A stretch of 64,000 nt of DNA, from positions 119,340 to 183,339 of the forward strand of contig MU004243.1 of the NCBI GenBank assembly GCA_010405405.1, written 5' to 3'. Of this stretch, positions 50,114 to 61,714 are shown one piece after another. The notes beneath the pieces are model-generated. The model saw nothing but the letters and a program-made list of their open reading frames with translations. It had not been told where the DNA came from and searched no databases. The position numbers and the translations under genes were made by a program. The first letter of the stretch is position 1; every line of letters begins with the position of its first letter. This DNA comes from Microthyrium microscopicum. Lineage: Eukaryota.

Positions 50114-53100
50114 CAGGTCATCTCCAACTGGAGAGGGTCAGCATGCCATTTGGAGTACCCTCGGAACGCGATCCGCAGGTACTCGGAAGGCGTTTTTACT
50201 CCCTTAAAGGGAATAGCGCGCAAAAGAGTAAAAGTCGTTTTTACTAAGTAAAATCGACTTGCACTCCACTTTTACTTCTCATGCTGACCTACTACTAACC
50301 TGTTTCGGAATAGTGCTAAGGTTGAGTCAACGTCAAAGTTATTTGATTGGATGTTGAAGTCAAGATCATGGCACAAAAACGCCTACAGGGAGAATTACTA
50401 TGAGGGCAGTTTCTGCGATTTGATATCACGAGATGTCAGGGGCTAGGCTAATTCCAGAGTAGATCGACAGTCAAAATCCGCAGTAAATGTGGAGTCAAAA
50501 TCCTAGGAATTCACGGGCTGACCCTCTCCACTCATCTAATTCTCCTTGTACCACCAGATTCACTTCTAGGGCACCAAGACATGAACGATTCGGACTGATA
50601 TCTCAGAAGGGATGCTAACATGTTCGGCACTATAAGCGTAGATGCTTCTATCACATAAGAAATTCAAGTACTTGATACTGGTATAACGAATGGGTTTAGT
50701 GTTATGAAGTCATATATCATACGGAGTAGGCGCTGTGTTTACTCTAGTGCAACCTCCATCCCTCACTCTAACCATACTTCTGTAGAGTACTATTCACGGC
50801 AGTTGGATTCAGGCCAAGTCTTCATAACTTTCCTGTAACGAACTTATTGCCAAACCAGACCATATGAGATACGCAAGCTATCTTGAAATTGTCTCGTTCA
50901 AGGCCTCGGAGTCTAAAGTGTTGCCATGAAAACCGGTAGAACGTTTCTTGCGAGAGATTTCTGAGAAGCTGTTTTGCATGTTCCTGCATATTTGCAAGCA
51001 TTTAAGCTCAACGCCGTAAGCCTCCAAGAACACTGCCATATAGAATAAGCATACTATGAAGTTGTGTGTCTTTCAACAGAGAGTCTTGATACAGACAAGA
51101 CAATTGCCCAGTCGCGTTCCGTTTGGAATTATAGTGGAGCTACCTTAGACAGTGGATGACGACAGATTCTTGGCTACTTAGTGCGACCGTTCACCTGGAA
51201 TATGAACAAACACTGGCTCGAAAGTTTAACACTATAATCATATCAAACTTCGCGATGTAAAAGTCTATAACTATGTCAATCAGTTTGCCTTTCCACGGAT
51301 ATCATCCCCGATGAATTTCAATCATCTGCAATGTCCGCAAAACCATACCTGGAGAAGTTAAACTTCGAATTTCGGATTCGCTTTACCAACTCATTTCGGT
51401 GTATTCCATGCCAAGCGAGGAGCGGAGTCGCTACTTCTAGAGCCGCCGGCCTTGTCTTCTTCAAGGGAAATTGGCGTTTTGCATAGTCTCTTGGAAGGTG
51501 GCAACGAAGGTGAAATGGTATGAGACTCCTGAAACACCTCTCGTGTGGTTTTTATTGTCGTACCGCCTGAGGAAGTCGAGTCTGACACATTGGTAGCAGC
51601 GAGATTCTCCTCGAAATAGATTTTGCTAGTTGTCACTAGACTTGGTGGGGAGGCATCAATAACGAGTATAAGAAATGTTCGGCTCAACTTAGGAAATCTC
51701 CTCTAGGAAGAATTAACCAGGTCTGCTTTCTGAGCGGCTGCCATCCTTCTTCTGGCACGAGTACAAAAAATATAATCTTGAGAAACAGTGTAGGAAGCAT
51801 TCAGTGTGTAATAAGTCTTGACTTAACCGGGGCTGCACCAGGAGACCAATCGCAGCACTAGCTTGGCCTGAATGAAGACTGTCCATTCGTCAGCCTTGCT
51901 GTCAGCCTTGTTGGTCCAGGAAACGGAACAAGCTCAATGTGAACTCATTTCCACTACGACAACAATTTTGGGTTCAGTAAGACTAATCAAACAAGTTATC
52001 AAGCTCGCAAAGAGATGCTGGATGGTTTTCCATTAGAAACCCATTATTGAGTCCCAGTTTGAGCTTTCTGCCAGTAAGCCACCGTTTGGTAGATATATTT
52101 CGCTCACACTTCCATGTTTGACTTCCAGGAGCTTTGCAAACCATCTTGAGTTCTCTCTTAGAATAATGAATAACAATCCTGAGATTTTTTCACCCGTATT
52201 GAAGCAAAGTAAAAACTTCCAAGTTCACTTTCAGCTAATGGAACTAATGCATTGGAACCAACTTGGTTGGAAAGAATTAAACGTTTGCCACTGGGTAGGT
52301 TGAATAGTAGAGTAATATGGTCTTTCCTGATGTACTTCTCTATTGGAATAATCATTCCGAAATGGTTCAATTTTATGAAGGTTTCTGTTTCGATAAGATC
52401 ATTGTAATGCGACCATCTTCAATGTGTTTATAAAACCAGGTTTGGGAATTTCAGTTACCAATATCTTACCCATTACAAACAAGATAATAGGCAATGCAGC
52501 CACAGCAGCTGCTTTGCTCATCAAGTTTATTCTTGCGCTCAGAACTGCAGTACAATTTAGTCGGAGTTGCTCATTCGGTGGGAGTGTGTGATTGATTTCG
52601 TCGCCCTGTTGGACGTTGTAGATATGGAAGCGAGTACGCCACCCGTCCTACTTATTTTACAAACTCCTAGACCATGATAGCGCACACAGGGTATTTCAGT
52701 TGAGAAAAGTGTTGGTTTTGGTGCTCACAAGATTTATATATAGACGCTATAATGCTACCTGGGATGATCTGCCCAGGGATAAGCATCCTCCTAGCGAAGG
52801 ATTTGTGGCTATGGTTGTTACAATCTGCCTCGCCGCACGTGGTGATCAAGTGAAAATCAGAATAATGAAATTGATCGAATACAGGAGGCAGTCGCCGTTT
52901 GCATAAATAAACGGAAGGAGCAGACGAAAGGAGGCGGTGCTCACTTCATCCTACCTACTCTGTTTATCTGTTTGACCTCTAGACTCCTCTACTGTCTTTG
53001 TTTCTCATCTGGTAGAGTTTGCTTCATTTCATCTATCTCACAATTCCACCATCGCGAGCGCGCAAGATACAGGTTCAGTAGTATCAAGCACCAAAGCTCT

Positions 53101-53122
53101 GAGCACTCAGTCAGCAGCACCA

Positions 53123-53923
53123 ATGCCAAACATCACACCTCAAGATACGCAAACAGCAACCTTGAGCACGATTCCACAGAATACTCAACCAGTCATGCCA
53201 AACGATGCGGCTGCAGCTCCACCTTCGTACTCCGACAGCGCTGTGATACAGACGTGAGTGCCATTCAAGATGTGTCGTCCATCATGGGCGAGGGGAGCCA
53301 AATGATTATGGGGCTCTCCAATTATATTTAATAGAGAGCAAGGACTGATAACTGCAGTGCACCCAATGCTCAGACAGCAGAACTAGCATCAAAGGAAGGG
53401 ATGACGCATTCCGAAATAGCACAGTAAGTTCTTTGAGACCGTCCAATGACCCCATTTCCTGACCAAAAATAGAGTCAACGTCCAACCAGAAGGCACGCCG
53501 AACATGCAGTACTACGCACCAGAAGGCGATGCTCCTCCTGGAACTCAAATGACAGTGACGGTGATTGACCTCGAGCACCTTCGCGATGACCCTGCCTGGG
53601 TGAAATGCACATTCTGCAATGAAGTTGCCAAAACTCGTCTTGACAAAGGACCCTCTTCTACGACACTGTAGGTTGATCCATCGAAGCGGACAAGGCAACT
53701 GACCACGTATAGGTTGGCAGCAATCGCATGTTGTTTTGCGGGCGTCATTTGCTCGGCGATTCCATTCTGTTTCAAATATGGATACGATGTCGATCACTAT
53801 TGCACCAAGTGCAGTAACAGGCTCACACATCGGTCGTATGGAGATGCGAAAAACCAAGTGCTTACTCCTCCGGTGCTTCAGAAGGTGACTGTGCAGACTG
53901 AGGGTCCCGCTCCTGCGAAGTGA
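53123..53923 (+). CDS. LITAF-like zinc-ribbon membrane-associated protein, 4 exons
   Basis: Spliced product with PPSY motif, PAWVKCTFC, a Cys-rich hydrophobic stretch and DVDHYCTKC. Three canonical introns. Confidence 0.8.
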
Positions 53924-56900
53924 TGGAGAAAGTTGAGAACGATGGAATGGAGTGTATGGTATTGTTATGTTGACATCAACAAACGGGGGCTGCCTCTAGG
54001 TTTACCTATTGTTCGATTCTTTGTACCTAGTCTTACCTATTAATCAACAACTATACCTTTTCCATGAAGTGTAATGACGGCCATTCATAGCCTTGACATA
54101 GAAAGGCCTCCTATGGCAGCCATTGAATGTGATGGGATATACGATGTTTTTGATCCGAACAGACATCGTTTATGGAACGTAGCTGAAAAGGCCATTTGAT
54201 CTTCTCGAGGTGAAACGAGAAAAGTGCCCATCAGGTTCGGTGTGCTCTATAGCACTCGAATTGGGAACACATCTTATGGTAGTCAGTGGTTGCAACGTTT
54301 TTGTTTTTATAGGATGTCGTCAAGAAGGGTGATTTGAGATGGATAATCTTACCGGCTGAAGTGAGTTTGTAGTCATGCTGTCAAGAAGTTGTCAGTTGAT
54401 TTCGATATATGCTTCAAAATGCAAGCGATCTGTGAAGTACCAACGTTGCTGCTAAGGATTACGCTGAGTCACGATGATTGGCTTGACTTGCTCCGGGAAC
54501 AAACTTGATTGACCTCGGGATCCAGTTTCGATCAGCCATGGGACAAGGTAATCATTGAGTGATGCCGCTTAACCACAGCCAGTACTGCTTGATGGATCTC
54601 AGATCATGTCTCGAGAGTTTTTGATGTGGCAGCTGATAGGTACGAATGGTCAATTATCTGCGCCATCCCACTTCATTGAACATGAGGCGCTTTATCAGAC
54701 ATTATAAGCCAAAATATCTGGTAATATTGTGATACAAGCGGCAGTTATGATTGACGGGCAAAAGGCCAAGTCCGAGGAAAGCGTATTGGAGCAGGCAAGA
54801 GAGAGTGCAGAGTAAGAAAAACTCATTCTATTAATCACCGATTGCTCTTAGACACTTGATTAGAGATCCAAGAGTTTGGTAACCCAGGCCGTGTAGTCCA
54901 GACCTTGTATCAGATCAAAGGTGATCCAGAGATATGTCAAACAATCAGCCACAAAGTAAAGGTGGAGATGTGATGAAGAGACGTTATTTCCCGAAGTGTA
55001 GAATTGGAGGTCGTAATTTCCTATTTCCTTGGTTTGCTCTTGCCGTGCCTACATCTTCCGCTCGTGGCTTCCTTCTCAAGTCTCGAGTCGCGGATCGACA
55101 CGCAATGCGATGCAACTTCATCTGTTGATTTCGCCCGCCTGTTCATTATCCTGAGACACTTACCTCAATTGTCCAATCGAAGAATTCTGCAATGCAACGT
55201 TGACTCCTCATCACCTCATCACCTTTTCCAAGGTCCACATCAAAGATGCCTAACAAGTCCGTAGGCGCCGCGCCAACTCGCACTCATTTCTGCGGTGACC
55301 TGGTTGTATTCAAGGCTTATGAAACAAACATATGTTAGCGCCTGTCCAACTCTTCCAAATCGTACGAGGCCCAAATTCCTGGGAGTAAGAAGATTTCCAG
55401 GATTCCAGGATTGGTGTTGTTGCAGCCTGCCTTGCCTGCTGTGGGTGCTCTGGTACCAACCTCCACTTTGGTTCGTATCATGCAAGGTTGTGGTTCTGAC
55501 AGCATGTCATTCGGTGCCCACTTTGACTGCAAATTGTGAGAGGATAGTGGCGATCGAATAAACACCTGGTAGCAAAAAGACCACGATAGCCAACCGGGTA
55601 GGGATCCCTTCATGTCCCGAAAAAACGGCAATATCGGTCCATGGTCTAAAGATTCGAGTGCTGACAAGAGCTTATTTCCAATGGAAGCTTGTCAAAGTAA
55701 GCCATCCCACACAAAACCCTTGGGAAATCGCATTCGGCACTGCATCCGGCTGCTTTCGCGGTTCAGACGCAGCGCGCGCGTTGTTTTCCAGCTTGGTCAA
55801 AGATTGATTATCGCACAACACTTTCCATCGTCTCAGAGCGCGTTGATTTCGCGTTCAATTGTATGAAGTTGGTTGAATATGTTCAAGTCGTGATGGTGAG
55901 TCACCTTGATGCTGCAGGTTTACCTACGGCCGTGCTGCAAGGATGACTCCTCTCCTACTTCTGAAACACATTGTCGAGGATGAACAGATGAGGCGACACA
56001 TTGCATCAAAAGTGCAGACTAAGGAATGAATTACTGGCCTGAGAATAAAGCCCTGAAAAGAGCTTCACACAAATTTTCAAAGATGCAAGCTTGCAAGGGA
56101 AAGTGGCTCAAATCTGCAAGCGAAAAATCAACATCAAGGCCAAGCTGTCAGTGATCTGCAACGGCGATTGGTAAAGCACATCCATGTCCAGCTGAACGTA
56201 AGGTAGCTTTAAGAAATTATCAAAGCTTTTCAATGGAGAGGGTCGGCCACCTTGAAAAACCGCATCCGAGTAGTTACGGATCAGGATCCGATACTACTCT
56301 TTCGTCCTAATTTGGTTTAACTGTGGCTCAAGTGAAAATCACCTAAAAAGAGTGATATGCGCTATCACTAAGTGATAGCGCAGTTCACTCCTCTTTAGCG
56401 TCTTATACTGAATCACTTGTGGGTCTCCCTAACGGAAGATAGCTAGATTTTGACAAAGATAGTAAGATGCCTCTTATATCCTTATAAAAGACTAGGCCCA
56501 AAGAGGTTACAGTTGTCAACCTTCAGAAAAGTGGAGTGATCAAGATATCTTGTGCTGCCGACCCTCTCCAATACCAAAGAGGCGAAACAAATGCGGGCCG
56601 GCGGAAAGTTGACGCAACCACCCTGGGATCAAGGCTTTCAACACTTATCGATATGGCCCAAAGTATCGGAAGCTCGGAACTTTCCTTCGTCGTTCCGAGT
56701 TGCCGCTGCTGGATTTATTGCCCGACGACATGTCAAAGTACTCGAACTCACCGGCATATGATACGAGCCGAGTTTATTGTTTATTCATTTCAAATGAAAA
56801 CTTTTACTGCCAAAATTAGAGGCTTGGTCGAGGGCTTTTTCATATATACAGTAATTGGGCCAGTCATGAGCAGCAGCGAGCTGGTAGATGGCCAATGTCA

Positions 56901-58745
56901 AACAAGCGCATTGAATTGCACCGCCACCATTGAATGTGGGATGCTCCAGGAATCCAGGATCAGGTTTGTTCCACGAATTTGCTCGCGCTTTGGCTTCCGT
57001 GTTTTTTATTGCCTCGGCTTGGCCTGGCGTACATATCGTCCAACCTGGGACATGCATAATCCAATTACACAAGGTTTAGGATACCACTTTGCTACTCCTT
57101 GTCCCGTCACCTGCGAGGTGATGGCACCGTGATGCAAGAAGCGGGCCCTCCGAGACACACGGCCCAAGTATTCCCAGGCATTTGTTTCCTAAGCTCAACT
57201 ACTCCGGCTCGCCGAAATCGCGCCTCAAGATCTTCACCAGATTTGAGGCTTAGCACCCTGAGGCTCAAGCGTGTGAGGCGGCCACGAGGCTTGGCCGACG
57301 ACACTCAACGTCAGTCGGAAATTTGTCAAGTCCAGATCAGCAAAGTTCATGAAAAGGTTTTTTAGTTGAAGCGTTTAGTAGTGGCCATAGGGAACTGATA
57401 GAAGCGCTGAAGCTACGAATCTTGCTACATCTACTGGCTAGCTGGGACAAGGTGTCATCTCGCTGTTGAGAGGGTCACATGGATGTGGTTCTCAAGGTTG
57501 TCTGAATGTGGCTTGGATCAAGTCCTCTCTTGGCACATTCATCCATGTTCATTGGCCGTAAGGTCTTCAACGTCTAAAAGTAGCTTTCACCGCTACCACC
57601 TATCAACATCTGTATCACGCTTGCCATCGGAATTGGGCACACTTCCCCCCATACTCCCTTGCTCGACCTAGACTTGCCTCTCAATCTGGCTGCCTGGACT
57701 CTGGAAACGCTTTTCTAATTCATCCCAGAACAGAGTTTGCGCCGGGTTATGGCGCTGCCACTTACTTCCCCAAGAAGGGTTCGCGGGTTGGAGGAACTAC
57801 TTTGCCAACTGATAATGACAGCCTCACCCGCGGGAGGTAGCCCTTTGACAGGCGATCGCGTCCAGCGGCAGAATCCTCGCCAAAGTGGGTCTTCTTAATC
57901 TGTCTAACCGCTCAGGCGCTTCATTGTGTCAGAAGCGACAATTGTGAATATTGGTCAGGTGGCACTACAGTTCCAAGGTTGAATGTCTGGTTGCATTTTG
58001 GCCATCAATGATCATAGGGTCCTGGGGTTGACGGAACAAGGCAAAGCTGCAATGCAGGCTGCACATCTCTTGGGAAACAAAACAGAAGTTCTTTTGCAGC
58101 TTGGCAGGCAAGGCCGTTGAACGCTGCGAGGGGAAGCTTAGGACGTTTGATATTGCCAGGCTAGAAGACGGGTCTGCAGCAATACCATCTATTTGATTCC
58201 TAGGATGAGGCTGCCAGCAAACAAGCGGCAGGTTTTGCCAGAACGCGGACAAGTGCGAGGACGCGTCTGCAGGTAGGAGGGGCTCTTTCGGCCTTCAGCT
58301 ATTGATCTCCAGACATGCAGATTCAATATGCACGCTCGAGCACTTTTTTGGCTGCAGAATGGGGCTGGGTACAGATGCATAGCAGTAGTGCGTGGGTCTC
58401 CCCGGCCAAAAGTCTATGCTTCCATCAAAGATGCCCACGGCCGCTGACACCCGTACGCTTTGAGCTCTCGCCCCCATGATACATAAGATGGCGACACCAC
58501 CATCAAGCCTCATTTTCTTCTCTCTACCCACCTCTTCCGTCTCTATATTCACGACTTCATTCCCTTCTCTCCCTTCCTCCTATTCGTTTATCCTTTGTTC
58601 ATTCACGGCGCGCACACTACTTCCCTCGTTGGGACCGCCCTCTGGATTATCACCCTTCTCGTAATTCTTTTTCTCCTGCCCTTCTCCTCGTCGTCCCATA
58701 TCAATATCGCATTATTTTCGTATCAAACAACAAATCGTCATCATC

Positions 58746-59810
58746 ATGGTTATGAATCTTCTCCCCGCATCGGCGCAAGCCTTTGCTCCACGATCAAATC
58801 CTACCATTGTGCTCAGCTCCAAGGTTGAACCCTGGTTGACTCAGACACTAAAGCGCATCAACAAGATCAAGAGGCCATTGAACAGTGTACCACAGCATTA
58901 CCGGTGTTTGACAGAAACATTGTCCGGCGAAGCAGCTCTCTGGACCCTTTGTTCAATCATGCTACCCAAGAAGCCCGATGCCGATCTGGTCAAGGACTCA
59001 AACCCACTAGTGGAGGCCATGTTCAACTATCAACTTCTACACATTGAAGCATATGTTGTACATGTCGATATGGTTTCGCAACATGAAGTCGCTTTCAAGC
59101 TTACCACAGAGAGCATCGATGCCTTGACAGAGTACCACAAGGAGATCTATTCCCTCGATGTGTCTGCCAACACGTGGTCCTGGCCCGAGAAAGAAGTTCA
59201 ACTTAAGAAACTCCAGGATGAGTTCATTCAAGCTGTCAACCGATTTGTCTTCCGCACTGGAGTTCGCGCTCTAGAAGGTCTTGAGGAGGATGGTGCTGGT
59301 GAGTTGTTGGATGCTCGCAGTGATGACGTGAAGAACGCCGTCATGGGACTTTTCCAGCCTCTCCTACCACCTCCACCAAGAATCGTGGATGTTGTTCGCC
59401 CTGCCCCAATTCTACCTAGCAACACCAACGCTGGCAACTGGTGGCAATCGCAAGCATCCCTGGCTCCACCTATCGCGGCAGTAGACTCCTGGAGAGTACT
59501 TCCATCGACTCCCAGTCCTACTATTGCTGCCTGCAGTGAACCACAACAGACCTTCTGGGCTCCAGCGACAACCATGTCCATGGATTTTCAGCTTCCTTCG
59601 CCAGCTCCATCATACAGTCAGCCATACTGCTCGTCCGAGTCCTACTACAGCCCACCATTGTCTACTGCATCGGTGGCTACATCTATTGCAAGCCTTCCAC
59701 TGCCTAGCATGCTTCCACAATGCGGTTCTACCGCTGGTCCTGCTGGCTTTGGCAACAGCTTTGCCTGGAGCGTACAAGAATTCGCTCCAGTATACGCCTC
59801 TGTCGTATGA
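58746..59810 (+). CDS. Fungal hypothetical protein (354 aa, Pro/Ser-rich C-terminus)
   Basis: Intronless ORF after a CT-rich leader. The N-terminal region VLSSKVEPWLTQTLKRINKIKRPLNSVPQH...IEAYVVHVDMV looks like a conserved Pezizomycotina domain; no function recognised. Confidence 0.8.
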   Translation: MVMNLLPASAQAFAPRSNPTIVLSSKVEPWLTQTLKRINKIKRPLNSVPQHYRCLTETLSGEAALWTLCSIMLPKKPDADLVKDSNPLVEAMFNYQLLHIEAYVVHVDMVSQHEVAFKLTTESIDALTEYHKEIYSLDVSANTWSWPEKEVQLKKLQDEFIQAVNRFVFRTGVRALEGLEEDGAGELLDARSDDVKNAVMGLFQPLLPPPPRIVDVVRPAPILPSNTNAGNWWQSQASLAPPIAAVDSWRVLPSTPSPTIAACSEPQQTFWAPATTMSMDFQLPSPAPSYSQPYCSSESYYSPPLSTASVATSIASLPLPSMLPQCGSTAGPAGFGNSFAWSVQEFAPVYASVV

Positions 59811-61714
59811 ATAGATCCATGACCGGACTTTCGCGAAACTCAAAACTCACAAAACCTGACTGGAATCCTGGCGACTTCTGAAGACATCTCTCTGTAAAAA
59901 CCTCTTCACGGCCTACGCGCATAGATCTGCGACTACGATCAGAAACGAAATATGCGATGTTGTACGATTGATGTCACGCATCATGCCATAATGCATACCC
60001 GGGACGGCGTTCAATCCATTTTAGCACGGCATTTGATACCTCTTTGTTTCCTATGTCATTTTTAGCGAAGCGTTGCTTTTTTCGATTTTTTATTTGATTT
60101 GCATATTGGCCTGGTTCCAATTCAGACAACCTCAAACTTTTACAGAGGCTCTGTTGCATCCAGTGTAGAGAAAGATAGCCTCACGGCTGACTGGGCGGAT
60201 TTTGTTTCTTTTTCTTTTGTCACACCACTTTCTTCAATTCTTTTGCTCTATTTAATGTCGTTAATGTTTTGATGTGGACTTGTCATCACGACGGGGAGTA
60301 ATGTCTCAATCCCTTGACATTTTTGTCCAACATCATCTCGGGTCACCAATCTACTGGATATGGATGGGAACCAACGACTCCCAACTATGGGCATCTGGAA
60401 TGCTGTCTAATACTTTTCCAACAACACAAACTACTCTCTGACACACCGGAGAGAACGAGGAGGAAAAACTACGACGAACCAGCGGCTCCTCTACCCTAGC
60501 GGTAGAAGTCGACCAAGGGGACCGCTTGCGGCATATGATTTCTTGGGAATGGGGAAGCGGTGTTTTCTCTCTCCTCTGCTTCCTTGGCGTGGATGAGTTG
60601 GGGTGGGTGGAGTTGGATATAGGGTCATCTACTAGGAAAGATGCTGGAAACACTGAGGAAGTTGAGCTTCCTCTGAACTAGCGACCGGTTTCGCTGTGGG
60701 CAACTTGTAGAAGCAGTGCTTCTGTCGTTTGTCTCGCTGTACTTAGTAACTGTAATCGCAATTCCAACAAAAAAAATATCCCAACATTCTTGTTCTCCTG
60801 TTTATTCGGATGTCGTGAAATGTCGAGTCTAAGCGCAAGCGCTCGGAGGAGTTTAGGTTTATTGTGTCAGTCAATGCAGGAAGTTGCCACATCGGTACGC
60901 CGAAGAGGGTATTTCCGACGACAGGGCTACAATGTATGAAGGAAAATGTTAGGGCTGGGAAGGTTACGCAAGGGCAGTGCAATACTTGTCGTTGGCGAGA
61001 TGGCGACTTATGGTCAGCAGTTTGGTTGAGATAATTTACCTGGGCTGGCATGACCGATTGCCTTGGATTGGAACATGGTTTAGAGTGGTCAAGTGTGCGT
61101 TTGTAGAGAGAAATGGGATTAGATTGGCGCAAACGAAATCAGGACATTTCCTGATGTTAAAAAGCAGAGAGATTTGTTGTTGAAACATTTGGAGCTGCAT
61201 AGCGTCTACAGCCGACAGCCCTTGAGGACAGAAATCGATTTGGTGTTGAGAAGTTGAGAATTGATTATTGATTATTGAGGATCACTGGTTGCACCTGCCG
61301 CCGGATTTGTTGGATTGTTGGTGGTTCTTGCCAGTTGAAGTTGCAGCAGCGGCAGTCGCAACTTCCCTTCCTTTCCTCCCCCTCCCACGTCAGAATTGGA
61401 AGTCGCAACCCAGGTTCAGCAAGGCCAACCAAGGCAAGGCAAGCTGTACAGGCCAGGCCAGGCCGACTATCCGAATCACCGGCTGAAAGGACCTTCAACA
61501 TCAAATTGAACTCAGACACACGGCGAGACGGACCTCGACATCTGTGGCATCTGACATCCTCACTACTCCAAGCCTAGAACTCAATCTATCCACCACCTAC
61601 GGTACCTACCTCGACAGTCGACATCACCATATCAGCCATTCCCTTTTGAGCTTGCCTTCTTTTCCTACTTTCCCCTCGGCCGCCTGTGCCTCCAGCGCCC
61701 TGTGAGGTTGCGAT

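Noticed and set aside
50180..50250. TTTTACT as a possible U5 snRNA loop I
   Set aside because: Lacks the invariant GCCTTTTAC loop and a recognisable Sm site context.
51391..51687. 98-aa minus-strand ORF upstream of pacC
   Set aside because: Non-ATG start, no motif and stops in the continuing frame; at best an unidentifiable relic.
56358..56382. Resemblance of CTATCACTAAGTGATAG to the bacterial tet operator
   Set aside because: Spacing differs from tetO and no vector or bacterial context is present; kept only as a palindrome finding.
58476..58664. Possible uORF before the 58746 gene
   Set aside because: Its ATG probably lies upstream of the CT-rich transcription-start region; openness is explained by pyrimidine-rich composition.
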